Shown here: positions 24,321 to 37,370 of the stretch, in pieces
Layout of the letters: each line of letters opens with the position of its first letter
Position numbering within the stretch: the first letter of the stretch is position 1
Assembly: GCA_951406725.2 (NCBI GenBank)
Contig: OX597824.1
Coordinates: forward strand, 21,886,001 to 21,950,000
Direction of reading: 5' to 3'
Length of the DNA: 64,000 bases
Origin: Octopus vulgaris
Lineage: Eukaryota
Notes under the pieces: generated by a model
What the model saw: the letters and a program-made list of their open reading frames with translations, nothing else
Database searches by the model: none
What the model was told of the DNA's origin: nothing
Translations under genes and position numbers: made by a program

Positions 24321-24894
24321 GCTTGTATAAACAGACACATGCATACATAGTGATGACATAACTATGCTCGAAGTTAATCATTTTTATTAAAGGTTTTTCC
24401 TATATCCCTATTTGTCCCTTGTGTTTAGTTGGGAACAACAATGTTGGCAATTCGATTAATGTTCCAACACCTTCCTGGCTCATCTTGTGAAAGCTGAGCT
24501 TTAGCTCTTAAAAGTATTAATGGACTTTGGAACATTATTGCTCCAAACTGAAGCGAAGGGGACTGTAAAGGAAAGTATGAAAAATTTTTAATAAAAAATA
24601 TTATCTTCCAACACAGATGGTGTCTTCAATACAATATTTGAAAGAAAATCTGCTCCCAATATATATATATATGTATGTGTGTATTTTTATACATGTATGT
24701 TTGTGTATGTGTATGTGTTTGTGTGTGCTTCTGACTATAAGAAATATCCTGTGATTCCGCCTAAAAGAAAGGTTTAATTTACACTGACAACATTTGCTTT
24801 CTTCCAAGTTCGTATGAGCCGAATGGGATCAGAATAAAGCATCTTTCAATATTGCCATTCTCCTTTTTGCCATTTGTGAAAAACTACATTGTTA

Positions 24895-24925
<31 letters not shown>

Positions 24926-25462
24926 TATTATTCTTTATTTTTTCTTTTCTTTTCTTTTTGTTTTTTTGGCCTGCTTTGATCTCTTCGTTGCAATAAAAAC
25001 ATGAATAATGTTGTGTATTGTAAAACAGTTTCTCATCAGCCACTGCTGTATTCAGTTCTTGCCTATCTGACAATGAAGAAACTATAATTCTTCACATGAG
25101 ATCAAGCTAAGAACTGTAGTTATTGGAAGACCACATGTGAAAGTGTTCTTCTATCAGTTCATAGAAATTCTCGAAATTCCTGACTTTACATAGAGTATAC
25201 TTCCTAAAAGAAACAAGTTGACACTGTCACAGAGTTGGTTATTTCTGTCTTTCTTTCATAATATAATTTTCTTGGTTATCTATTATTTTTTTTATAATTT
25301 ACTATTAATTTAAGAACATCATTATCATCACCATCATCATTTAATATCCATTTTTCATGCTTGCATGGGTCAGATAGAATTTACTGAGGCAGATTTTCCT
25401 AAGGCCAGGATACCCTTTTTGCTAACCCTCACCTGTTTCTGAGCAAGGTAATGTTTTCCTGT

Positions 25463-25699
25463 GGTGGCAAGCTGGCAGAAACGTTAGCACACCGGGTGAA
25501 ATGCTTAGCGGTATTTTGTCTACCGCTATGTTCTGAGTTCAAATTCTGCCAAGGTCGACTTTGCCTTTCATCCTTTCGGGGTCGATTAAATAAGTACCAG
25601 TTAAGCACTGGGGTCAATATAATCGACTTAATCCTTTTGTCTGTCCTTGTTTGTCCCCTCTGTGTTTAGCCCCTTGTGGGTAGTAAAGAAATAGGTATT
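25463..25699 (+). mobile_element. SINE family B monomer inserted in a D-like element
   Basis: Full family B sequence ending AAAGAAATAGGTATT; TSD TTTTCCTGTG on both sides. Confidence 0.88.
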
Positions 25700-25852
25700 A
25701 TTTTCCTGTGACCAGACATGTTTTCCTACATGAGTCGAGAAATAAACATCTCTGTTGTATGATGATAATGCTTATTTACAACCATTATGTGAAGTCTAGA
25801 GAAGGGTCCACATGAACACATACACATATAAACTAACACATACATTCATTTA

Positions 25853-25990
25853 TAGATAAATGATAGAAAATGGAATGAACAATATCTTTTTAATTTAAAA
25901 TCACTACAATTGTTTCAACACATTTTTACATTTGTAATATGTTGGTGAGATGCATAAACATTAAACTCTGTGGATACTATGGAATTCCAA
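25853..25990. mobile_element. Rearranged fragment of the 53.2/55.4-kb hammerhead-bearing family
   Basis: TAGATAAATGATAGAAAATGGAATGAA...TCACTACAATTGTTTC matches 55388-55460; AAACTCTGTGGATAC is an inverted piece. Only the GAAA-CAATTG-TA half of the ribozyme remains. Confidence 0.6.
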
Positions 25991-26053
25991 ATGTATATCC
26001 ACTGTATGACACCATGTAGCCAAAAGCTGTGAATGAGCTTTGTATAACATACT

Positions 26054-26412
26054 GAGTGGCTGTGTGGTAAGTAGCTTGCTTACCAACCAAATGGTTCCAG
26101 GTTCAGTCCCACTGTGTAGTACATTAGACTTGTGTTTTCTACTATAGCCTTGAGCCAATCAAAGCCTTGTGAGTGGATTTGGTAGAGAGAAACTGAAAGA
26201 AAGCTGTTGTATAAATATATATATATGTGTTTGTCACCCCACCATCGCTTGACAACCAATGTTGGTGTGTTTACGTTCCTGTAACTTAGTAGTTTGGCAA
26301 AAGAGACCAATAGAATAAGTTCTAGGCTGACAAAGAATAAGTCCTGGGGTTGATTTCTTTGACTAAGTGCTCCAGCACGGCCACAGTCAAATGACTGAAA
26401 CAAATAAAAGAA
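26054..26412 (+). mobile_element. SINE family A
   Basis: GAGTGGCTGTGTGGTAAG...CAGTCAAATGACTGAAACAAATAAAAGAAT. Confidence 0.88.
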
Positions 26413-26426
26413 TATATATACACACA

Positions 26427-26642
26427 TGAGGAGGTGCTGAAAAGTTCCTGACTTTGGGTAAAGGAAAATACAGGAGACTCAGTAAATTATGATTTTATTC
26501 AACATATTCCCCTCTCAGATTCAGACACTTATTGCAGTGGTCCTTTAGGTTTTGTAAACCCTCTAAAAGAACTCAGCAGATTGGGCCTTCAGTCAGGCTT
26601 TTCATGAGACCCTTAAAGTCGGAACTTTTCAACACCATCTCA
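26427..26642. mobile_element. Tc1/mariner-type MITE
   Basis: TIRs TGAGGAGGTGCTGAAAAGTTCCTGACTTT / AAAGTCGGAACTTTTCAACACCATCTCA; TA at the right flank. Confidence 0.75.
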
Positions 26643-28988
26643 TATATATGAGGTGGTGTTGAAAAGTTCCGGCTTTAAGGGTCTCGTGAAAAGTCTGACT
26701 GGAGGCCCAATCTGCTTCTTACAGTCTACCAAATAGACTCACAAGGTTTTCGTTGGCCTGGGGCTATAATAGAAGATAGTTGCCTTAGGTGCTGTCAGTG
26801 GGACTGAACTCAAAACCAAGTGGTTGGGAAGCAAGCTTCATAATCACGCAGCCATGTCTGTGCTTATATAGGTTAAAATTAAGATATATTTTTGAATTAA
26901 AAAGAAAAGAAAAGAAACAGATATTATTTGGATTAATTATTTAAATTAATTCTTTCAATACTAAATTAAATTAAATTGAATTAACAACAAACAAAATACA
27001 CCACAAAAAAAAAAAATGCCAGCAAACTTAGTTACATTTTATTTTTTCTCTGAAATCTAACCGGAGTAAAATTGCAGACTAAATTATCAGAATGGTCATT
27101 TGGCAATGAAGGGTTGTTAAAACTTGAATGATTAGCCTTTGTTGATTGATTTCTTGAAGAAAAAAATGTAAAATATAAAAGTATAAAAATAAATATAATT
27201 AGATTGGAAAAATTTGACTGATGATAGTCAATTAAAATATATGACTGGCCGAGGACAGCGAGGCTAGGAAAAATAGATTGACTTGAAAAGAATTCATCAA
27301 AGATTATTCCTTAACAAAGAAAATAATTCAGGTTCAATTCCTGGGTTAACTCTTTCAACACTATTTCTTAAAGACGTTTGAATATTTACACAAGACACTT
27401 AACAAATGATATGAAAGAGAAAAAGGACAGCGGATGAAATCTCTTTTTGTTTTTATTAATTTATTTATAATCTTTCTTTATTTTATTTTTTTCATTTTCT
27501 CCAAATCTTAATTAAATTTTAGAAAACCTTAAAATCAGAGAGAAAAGAAAAAAGTAATGTTAATGAGCCAAAACAAAAATGCAACCACAAACAATAAAAA
27601 AACAAAACAAAACACAGACACTCTTGAAAGACAAAGAAAAAGAACCCAATCACTTTAGATGTATTTGCAATATTTTTTTCCTAGATGTTCCCTCTTATGT
27701 TGGGATTGAAGTGGGAGCATAACAAAATATTTCAGTGGCAATATAATTGAACATTATTGATCTGTTTTGGTGATCAGTAAAGTAAAAAAAAAAAAAAAAA
27801 TAATAATAATAATAATAATAATAATAAAGGAAAGTCGAATGTGAAATGAGACCACTATAAACAAATATTAACAACAACCAAAATTTATTATGGCAAAATA
27901 ATTCACTCCAATAATTAAGTTAATAACTTTGCAACATATAGTAACACATACACACAGACACACGCGCACACATACACACAAATGAAAAAAAAAGAACAAA
28001 GAAGCAAAAAAAAAACAATAAAAAGACCATTACAAGTTATTTCAATCCAAAACAAATTGAAAATAATAATGCAAAAAAAAAAACAAAGACAAAACAAAAA
28101 CAAAATTAATTAGTAGATAGTGTAGATAAGTGGTAATGACCAATACCTGGGAATTATTAATGATTTTCTGGAGTTGCAACTTTAGATAATTTATGGTCAT
28201 CATTTGTAACGAAGATATTATCTTGAATAGAAATAATGGGTGGTTTCAGTTTTAAATATTTAGCATTATAGTTACTTGCAGAATTTATCATTTATATATA
28301 TGTGTGTATGTGTGTGTGTTTGCATATATATATGTGTGTGTGTATGTATGTGTGTATATATGTATATATTCATAGCAGATGTCAAGATGGTCTACTCCAA
28401 TGTTTTCTGAAACTTTGACACTTACTATAAATAAGTTATTTATTACATCGTTTTTCATTTCTCTCAATATATTTATAACTGTTTTCATTTACAATAATTT
28501 TTTTAAAGTGATAGAATAGGTGAGATGTCATCCCCTTTCTTCTTCTCTCTCTCCTTTTTTCTTCTTCTAAAATTTATCTATGAATTTCTGGCACAGCATT
28601 GACCTAATGTCAGTTTTTCAACATCGAATTGGCTAAAACAGCAAAAAAAAAAAAGCATTTTCTATTATGCACCAACTGAAGGTGCATTATTTCTTCAGAT
28701 GATTCCACTCAGCCTGCTTAAAAGAGATGTCAAATCTCCCTCAATCACATTCTACTATCTTAAAATTAAAGTGACATATTGAATAATATAATCCTAGATA
28801 CAATGTCTGAAAATGCTGTCATTAATGGCATATAAAATACATTTTTGCTTCCAAAAAATGTTTCAAAACATCACCACCAGTCTTGTATACAAAGTTAATT
28901 ATGTCCCTGACACTTATCACCCTTGGCTAATTTTAATCCTGACAATTTCTTCTCTTAGCCTAACTTCATAATAATAATAATATCTATT

Positions 28989-29386
28989 CACTCTTTTACT
29001 TGTTTCAGTCATTTGACTGTGGCCATGCTGGAGCACTGCCTTTAGTTGAGCAAATCGACCCCAGGACTTATTCTTTGTAAGCCTAGTACTTATTCTATCG
29101 GTCTCTTTTGCTGAACCGCTAAGTTACGGGGATGTAAACACACAAGCATCAGTTGTCAAGCGATGTTGGGGGGACAAGCACATAAACACACACACATATA
29201 TATATATATATATACATATATACAACGGGCTTCTTTCAGTTTCTGTCCACCAAATCCACTCACAAGGCTTTGGTCGGCCTGAGGCAATAGTAGAAGACAC
29301 TTGCCCAAGGTGCCATGCAGTGGGACTGAACCTGGAACCATGTAGTTGGTAAACAAGCTGCTTACCACACAGCCACTCCTATGCCT
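28989..29386 (-). mobile_element. SINE family A, full length
   Basis: Full homology; head AGGCATAGGAGTGGCTGTGTGG on the minus strand. Confidence 0.9.
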
Positions 29387-29601
29387 ATAATTTTAATAAT
29401 GATAATATTTTATTATATTACTTCGTCTGTCATTGTTGGCAATGACCAAGGACATCATATTGGAGAAGAAGATGGGGTAAAGTGTATCCAGCTGTGGCCA
29501 AACAGTCCAATGTATGCTCAGAAGACTTAGTCACAGGTCAGGCACTAGTGGTCTGGTGGTATGTTTTATTACAGTATAAATAGAAACAAGAAAAAAAAAA
29601 T

Positions 29602-29842
29602 AAGGCGGTGAGCTGGCAGAGACGTTATCGCACCAGGCGAAATGCTTAGTGGTATTTCGTCTGCCGCTACGTTCTGAGTTCAAATTCCACCCAGGTTCAA
29701 CTTTGCCTTTCCTCCTTTCGGGATCAATTAAATAAGTACTAGTTACACACTGGGGTCGATGTAATCAACTTAATCCCTTTGTCTGTCCTTGTTTGTCCCC
29801 TCTGTGTTTAGCCTCTTGTGGGTAGTAAAGAAATAGGTATTT
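29602..29842 (+). mobile_element. SINE family B monomer
   Basis: AAGGCGGTGAGCTGGCAGAG...AAAGAAATAGGTATTT; TTTTATTACAGTA occurs upstream and downstream. Confidence 0.88.
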
Positions 29843-30085
29843 TTTATTACAGTAATTATGGAGGATATTTTCACTCTGGTGATTTCTTGCTTTATGTTCA
29901 GCTCTACAGTTTGTTGACTTACTCTTTATATACAGCAATGCTTTCTTCTCTAACTAATGTACTTTTATAATGTACTGCTACAACGGTTTTAACATTACAT
30001 GCTTTAATACACTAGCAATTGTTTTCCCTGAATATGTTCTGCTGAAATTAGGCTGTGTCTAATATGCCTGCATGTCCTTTATATG

Positions 30086-30506
30086 CCTATTTCTTTACTA
30101 CCCACAAGAGGCTAAACACAGAGAGGACAAACAAGGACACACAAACGGATTAAGTCGATTATATCGACCCCCAGTGCGTAACTGGTACTTATTTAATCGA
30201 CCCCGAAAGGATGAAAGGCAAAGTCGACCTCAGCGGAATTTGAACTCAGAACGTAGCGGCAGACGAAATACCTATTTCTTTACTACCCACAAGGGGCTAA
30301 ACACAGAGAGGACAAACAAGGACAGACAAACGGATTAAGTCAATTATATCGACCCCCAGTGCGTAACTGGTACATTTTTAATCGATCCCGAAAGGATGAA
30401 AGGCAAAGTTGACCTCGGCGGAATTTGAACTCAGAACGTAGCGGCAGACGAAATACCACTAAGCATTTCGCCCGGAGTGCTAACGATTCTGCCAGCTCGC
30501 TGCCTT
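30086..30506 (-). mobile_element. SINE family B concatemer (head plus two ~185-bp units) with 16-bp TSD
   Basis: Units start at 30086 and 30271; ATGTCCTTTATATGCC at 30072-30087 and 30509-30524. Confidence 0.92.
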
Positions 30507-31059
30507 ATATGTCCTTTATATGCCATCAAATACATTAAGGAAGGATGATCAAGAATGAAGTACCTTTGATCCCAGGTCAGTTTGATCAGGGCTGACCTGG
30601 CACTAAACAGTAATGGCAGCCAATTCAACTGATGCCATCTTCTCAGGAAGATCCAACATTTATATAACGAAAGCCAATTTGTTTAGACTTGATCCAACAA
30701 GAAAAGGTTAATGTATTCCTTAGAGACTGTACTTTATCTTAATCTATGTAATTAATCTCTCTGCTTAATCATATATTCATATGTCACATAAGAAGTTGTC
30801 TACAAATATTAAAACATCGTGTGTCTATAATCATTTGCGTTATTAAACTGTCTTCATCTCATCCATTTAATAGTGGCTGCTATCCTCATCTGTCTTTCGT
30901 CTGGAAACAATAACACTGACTATTTATTGAGTTGATTACTCAGATTTAGTATTTTGTTACACAAGCCTGGTTGAGTGTTGAAAATATTAATTGGATCAGA
31001 AATAATTCGCGACAAAGAGCAGAATTTGAAACTTGCAGCTCTTTCCACATACGGAAAAT

Positions 31060-31409
31060 GAAGGGGAGAGACTGAGGAAGAGAGAGTGTGTGTTGGAAGG
31101 GGAAGAGAGAGAGAGAGTGTGAGAGAGAGAGAGAGAGAGAAGGAAAGGGAGAGAGAGAAAGTATGTGTGAGTGTGGGCAAAAGAGAGAGCAAGAGAGGGA
31201 GAGAGAGAGGCAATGTTAGTGGGAAAGAGAGAGAGAGAGAGACAATGTTAGTAGGAAAGAGAGAGAGAGAGAGAACGAAAGAGAGGGAGAGGGAGAGAGA
31301 CAATGTTAGTGGGAAAGAGAGAAAGAGAGAGAACGAAAGAGAAGGAAAGGGAGAGAGAGACAGTGTTAAGAGAGAGGAAAGAGATTAAGAGGAAAGAGTT
31401 AAGACAGGG

Positions 31410-31450
<41 letters not shown>

Positions 31451-31565
31451 ATTTAAGTGGAAACGAGGGAGAAGAGAAGAGACAGACAGACAGAAAGATA
31501 GAGTGTGGGTATGGCTAAGAGAGAGACAGAGAAAGTGTGGATGAGACAGAGAGGGAAAGAGAGTG
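31060..31565. repeat. (GA)n-rich tract with internal CAATGTTAGTGGGAAA duplications
   Basis: Direct inspection. Confidence 0.9.
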
Positions 31566-31739
31566 CATGTGCATGCAATATGCGTGTGTCTGTGCAGGGG
31601 GGGTGCATATATTTAAAAAAACACTTTTTCCATGCTAGCTTCTGTTGAAAGAGTGACAGCAGGAGTGAAGAATGACACATCTTCACTCCTCTAAAATCTC
31701 GTATAATCTTATCTATAAGGACCACCACCCTGAAAATGG

Positions 31740-31930
31740 TATCTTATCACCGGTCCTCCCATGTCTTCCTCTCTCCCATAGCTACTTTCCACTGCTAGTA
31801 CACGGCACTCTTTCACCCAAACCCATCATCATCCATTCACATCTCATACCAGTCCAGATGTCTCCTCTTCTAACATCAACTTATTATACATTTATTATTC
31901 AGCCACCCTTCCAGCTCACCATCTTGAATA
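31740..31930 (-). mobile_element. Degenerate RTE-clade LINE 3' ORF fragment
   Basis: Minus-strand pieces KRRHLDWY..MDDD..WVKECRVLAVESSYGR..RKTWE resemble the RTE C-terminal LRWYGHVxRM...GRGRPRKTW motif. Confidence 0.65.
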
Positions 31931-32080
31931 CGAGTTTACATGATATACTCAACAAAGCATACCCAACTGATTATTCTCCGGCTTCCACAGATCTTCGCCA
32001 TCCAATATCCATGGATCTCTCACTGAAGCAGCATTATTCATTATCATCCATACATCTTACATATGTTTCATACAATAATT

Positions 32081-32115
<35 letters not shown>

Positions 32116-32275
32116 CAAGCTTCGAGTTTTTGCAGAGAAAAGACAGAAATCCTTGGTAACAACCAACAACAAAGATAACAACTCTGAACATCTTCCACCT
32201 TTTTATTTTCTCTCTCTCACTTTCTGCGTAACTATATAAAATTCCTTGAATATTTACAGATGTAAGTCACAAGGT

Positions 32276-32483
32276 ATATGTATGTGTTTCTATATCTATA
32301 TCCATCAAGATATAAAATATATATATATATATATATGTATGTGTTTCTATATCTATATCCATCAAGATATAAAAAATATATATATATATATGTATGTGTT
32401 TCTATATCTATATCCATCAAGATATAAAATATATATATATATATATATGTATGTGTTTGTATATCTATATCCATCAAGATATA

Positions 32484-32527
<44 letters not shown>

Positions 32528-32532
32528 ATATA

Positions 32533-32568
<36 letters not shown>

Positions 32569-33000
32569 TATATGCATATATATATATGTATGTATGCATA
32601 TATATATATGTATATATATATGTATGTATATATATAGATATATGTACATATATATATATATATATATGCATAGATACATGTATGTATATATATCTATGTA
32701 TATATACATATATGTATGTATGCATATATATATATTTGTATATATTGTGTGTATATACATATATGTATATATTGTATGTATATATTGTATATATATATAT
32801 ATATATGTATATGTATATATACATATAGACATATTGTATATATATATGTATATATTGTATATATATGTATATATACATACATATATACACACATATATAT
32901 ATCACACATGTATGTATGTATGTGTGTGTGTGTGTACATATGTACATATATGTGTGTGCATGTGTGTCTGTGTATATGTATATATATATAAATATATAAA
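32276..33000. repeat. Four ~57-bp tandem units followed by a long TA/TATG microsatellite
   Basis: TATGTATGTGTTTCTATATCTATATCCATCAAGATATAA x4; explains the 258-aa ORF. Confidence 0.9.
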
Positions 33001-33415
33001 TGCAGAGTGGGTTTTTAAATAATTATGAAGTTTTCAAGATGCTTCAGGTGATAAATATCAATGAAATTTTCATTACATAAAAGATAACATTTTGATAGAA
33101 ATCACCGACGTCTAATTACAATGTTCTCAGTTTTAGAGAGAAAGTTTATCTACGAAATTTATCAAACCAGTTCAAACTGTTAACCTGAAAATGACTTCAG
33201 TAGAAAAGTGTTTTAGCTATTTACTTGACAAACAAATTACCAGACTCACCAAAACTTGATATAGCTAAACTACAATATCAAACTTCATGTTGACCCCTAT
33301 TTAGCAAAGCTGCCACAAACATTCCTTGTAGATAGTGGAGGTGGCAGGGCGAAATCTTGGACAAATTGTTTAAGAACTACCAATTTGTGACATCCTATAC
33401 GTAAACTGTTGTATA

Positions 33416-33822
33416 TGCAGGCGTGGCTGTGTGGTAAAATGTTTGCTTCTCAACAATGTGGTTCTGGGTTCAGTCCCACTGTATGGCATTTTGGGAAAAT
33501 GTGTTTTACTATAGCCTTGGGCTGGCCAAGGGCTTGTGAGTGGATGTAGATTTGGGTTATGGTATATGAAGATTAGAATATAAGGAAACTGAAAGAAGCC
33601 TGTGTGTGAGCGTGCGTGTGTAAGAGAAAGTGTGTGTGTGTTTGTCCCTCCTCCCAACACCACATGACCCGTGTTGGTGTGTTTATGTCCTCATAACTTA
33701 GTGGTTCAGCAAAAGGAGACCAATTGAATAAATATCAGGCTTAAAAAAATAGAAATAAGTACAAAATTTTATTCATTCAACTAAAAAGTTTCTTGAAAAA
33801 TTGTTCCAGCATGGCCACAGTC
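33416..33822 (+). mobile_element. SINE family A, older copy
   Basis: GCAGGCGTGGCTGTGTGGTAA...GGGTTCAGTCCCACT...CCAGCATGGCCACAGTC. Confidence 0.8.
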
Positions 33823-33889
<67 letters not shown>

Positions 33890-33938
33890 TATATAGAACA
33901 GCTAGTATATTTATGTATGATATTAAATCTTATGTTCT

Positions 33939-34156
33939 CTAACCATTTCGCATTTGAGCCAGCCATATCTGGCCTACATATCTTATCTGTTTTATGTTCA
34001 AACTAGCAGATCCAGCCTCTCACACCTACCCTACAATGTCATTTTGAAAACACACCATCAAAATCTCTAAGCTAAGAGATAATGCACGGTTGATTCAAAA
34101 CAATGTGGAGGAACATGCATTACACTTGACAGAGTAATCCGAATGCTACAGGTTAG
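33939..34156 (+). mobile_element. piggyBac-type MITE, type 2
   Basis: Degenerate termini CTAACCATTTCGCATT ... AATGCTACAGGTTAG; second copy at 6117-6768. Confidence 0.65.
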
Positions 34157-34783
34157 ACACTGATTCGTAGAGATGGAAAAGAGAAAGAAGGAACTAAACA
34201 ACGAGTCTGATGACTGGATTTGAACCACATTTCTGTTGGTTTAGATTACGTAATGTTTAATGTCTTTCATACATCCAGACACTGATGTCAGCTTGTTGAG
34301 ATAACACTAAGTGGTATGAAATTGTCTGTGAAACAGGCAGAATACTTGTGGAGACTGAATAAAGTAGTTAAAAATTTATCTAATTTAAGAAAGACAGGCA
34401 TACAAAATTCATCCTGGTGTAATTGGTAATGAGATAGCTTGCCTGACAAAGCAATGGAAATACTGTGGGAGTCTCTGGAGTGGATTTGTTCCTTTTCATT
34501 CGCAAATTAGTGCTTAGAATGGACAGCACATGCATATATGCATATAATGCTGCTGTCGATAATGGCTGTGGTGGTGATGGACAACACAAGATAAGCCAAA
34601 GCTAAATCTAGGATTAAGTCTTATTCCTGTCCACTCTGAGTTCAAAATCAGGACTGGCCTTTATTATCATCCATCTTTTATTTGTTTTAGACACTGAACA
34701 ACGGCCATGCTGCAGCACCACCTTCAAAGCTTTAGTCAAACAAACTGGCCCCAATACTTATATATCTATCTATCTATCTATCT

Positions 34784-34821
<38 letters not shown>

Positions 34822-34959
34822 TTTTTTTTTGAAAGCCTGGTTGTAACTGTATCGATTCTGTTTTGCTGAACCACTAAGTCAGAGAGAAGTAAACAATCCA
34901 ACACTGGTTGTCAGGCAGTAGGTGAGAGAGAAGACAAACACAAAGACACATGTGTATGT

Positions 34960-35368
34960 ATCATCATTATCATCGTCATCGTTTAACGTCCGCTTTCCAT
35001 GCTAGCATGGGTTGGACGATTTTGACTGAGGGCTGGCAAACCAGATGGCTGCAGCGGGCTCCAATCTTGATCTGGCAGAGTTTCTACAGCTGGATGCTCT
35101 TCCTAACGCCAACCACTACGAGAGTGTAGTGGGTGCTTTTTACGTGCCACTAGCACGGGGGCCAGTCAGGCGGTACTGGCAATGACCTCGCTCGAATCTT
35201 TTTACACATGCCACCAGCACAGGTGCCAGTAAGGCGACGTTGGTAATGATCACACTCGAATGGTGCCCTCTTACGTGCCACCAGCATGGAAGCCAGCTGG
35301 CTGCTCTGGCAACGATCACGTTCAGATGGTGCTCTTGGCACCCTACTAGCACGGGCACAAGTGCCAAC
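34960..35368 (-). mobile_element. Family D copy with 3-4 internal tandem units
   Basis: (ATC)n tail, CTGGATGCTCTTCCTAACGCCAACCACT, repeated TTACGTGCCAC units. Confidence 0.85.
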
Positions 35369-35407
35369 ACACACATAATATATAGTGTGTTTATAAAAAA
35401 GAGTAAA

Positions 35408-35735
35408 GGGTAAAGAACCCCTTCAGTCATGGATGACAATAGGATTGCACCTAGAAAGTTCCCTTCCAGCTTCAAGGTACAAGTCCAGGCAAGGTTGTTT
35501 ATGGAAGACCAGTAGTCACCCTTGCATACCAGTCTCCCCTCTCAACACCACTGATGTTATCCAAGGGAAAGGCAAAGGCCGATACAGCTTGGCACCTGTG
35601 ACGTCGCAACTGACTGAACTAGGCTATATGAAATCAAGTGTCTTGTTCAAGAATATAACACACAGACTGGTTCAGGAATTGAACTCACTATTTTTTGTCA
35701 CCTTGCTGCTCTAACCACTGAGCCATGCACCTTCA
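35408..35735 (-). mobile_element. SINE family C1
   Basis: Reverse complement of 19820-20155; head GAAGGTGCATGGCTCAGTGGTTAGAGC. Confidence 0.82.
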
Positions 35736-35774
35736 CACACACGTGTGCATGCGTGTGTGTATGTGTGTGTGTAT

Positions 35775-36172
35775 TTTTCTACCTGTTTCAGTCATTTGAC
35801 TGTAGCCATGCTGGAGCACCACCTTTAGTCAAGCAAATCAACCTCAGGACTTATTCTTTGTAAGCCTGGTACTTATTCTATCGGTCACTTTGCGGAACTG
35901 CTAAGTTATGGGGATGTAAACACACCAGCATTGGTTGTCAAGCAATGTTGGGGACACACACACACACACACATATAAACACACATATACATATATATGTG
36001 TGTGTGTATATACAATGGGTTTCTTTCAGTTTCCATCTACCAAATCCACTTACAAGGCTTTGGTCAGCCTGAGGCTATCGTAAAAGACACTTGCCCAAGG
36101 TGCCATGCAGTGGGACTGAACCTGAAACCATGTGGTTGGTAAACAAGCTACCACACAGCCACTCCTGCACCT
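35775..36172 (-). mobile_element. SINE family A
   Basis: Full homology to the other family A copies. Confidence 0.88.
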
Positions 36173-36959
36173 ACATATATTTTTATATTCATCTACATAC
36201 ACACATGATGGGCTACGATAAAGTTTCCATCTACCAAATTTACTTACAGGGTATTGGTTGGCCCTGGGCTATAGTAGTAGACATTTGCCCAAGGTGCTGT
36301 ACAATGGAACTGAACCCAAAACCACATGATTGCAAACTGTGCTCCATAATCATGCAGTCATGCTTGCAAAGATCATTCACACAACTTCCCAATCTCAGAA
36401 TAAACGATAATTGCTTCTTACACTGGCACGAGACCAATATTTTTATAGCCGATGTAATTAGCCTCTAGTGCTTAACTAGTACATAACTAATTTCTCGTTA
36501 TAGCCACCCCTTTGCCTCAGACTAAATAATAATAATTTCTTAATTTCTTAAATTGGCACAAGAGCAACTATCTTTAATTTTTTTATTTTTACAATCAATT
36601 TAATTAGTCTCCAGTATTAAGTGGTTATTTATTTTATGATTCCTGAAAGAAAAAAAGCCAAACCAACCCCAGTATGTGAAAGTATATATGTGAAAGGATG
36701 TAACATTATATGGAAAATGCATGCCAACTCATGACTGTGTGGTTCATAAGCTTCATTCGTAACTATGTAGTTTGAGATTCAGTTCCACTGCGTGACATCT
36801 TGGGCATGTGTCTTCTATAATTGGCCAAGGTCAACCAATGCCTTCTGAGTGAACTTGGTTGATGGTAACTGTGTGGAATCCTATTGTATATGTGTGTGTG
36901 AGAGAGAGCGAGAGAGCGAAAGAGAGAGAGAGTGTGTGTGTGTGTAATTAAGCATGTGT

Positions 36960-37370
36960 AGGCATAGGAGTGGCTGTGTGGTAAGTACCTTGCTTACCAA
37001 CCACATGGTTCCGGGTTCAGTCCCACTGCGTGGTTCCTTGGGCAAGTGTCTTCTACTATAGCCTTGGGCCGACCAAAGCCGTGTGTGTGGATTTGGTGGA
37101 TGGAAACTGAAAGAAGCCTGTTGTATATATATGTATGTATGTATGTATGTGTGTATATGCTTGTGTGTCTGTGTTTGTCCTCCCAACATCGCTTGACAAC
37201 TGATGCTGGTGTGTTTATGTCCCCATAACTTAGCGGTTCGGCAAAAGACTGATAGAAAGATTTGAAAAATAAGTACATGGGTTAATTATAGTTCAACAAA
37301 CCCTGCAAGACAATGCCCCCAGCATGGTTGCAATCCAATGACTGAAACAAGTAAAATATAAAAGATTAAA
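36960..37370 (+). mobile_element. SINE family A
   Basis: GGCATAGGAGTGGCTGTGTGG...GGTTCCGGGTTCAGTCCC; an older 3' tail is joined after 37258. Confidence 0.85.

Noticed and set aside
25019-25044. Minus-strand CTGATGA-GAAA-CTGTT hammerhead-like match
   Set aside because: No stem II at all and only a weak stem I; likely chance.
32246-33022. Longest ORF (258 aa) and similar [12 protein letters not shown] ORFs
   Set aside because: Translations of dinucleotide microsatellites that lack stop codons by construction.
34203-34362. CTGATGA followed by a CTGGAT/ATCCAG stem
   Set aside because: No GAAA directly after the stem and no stem III.
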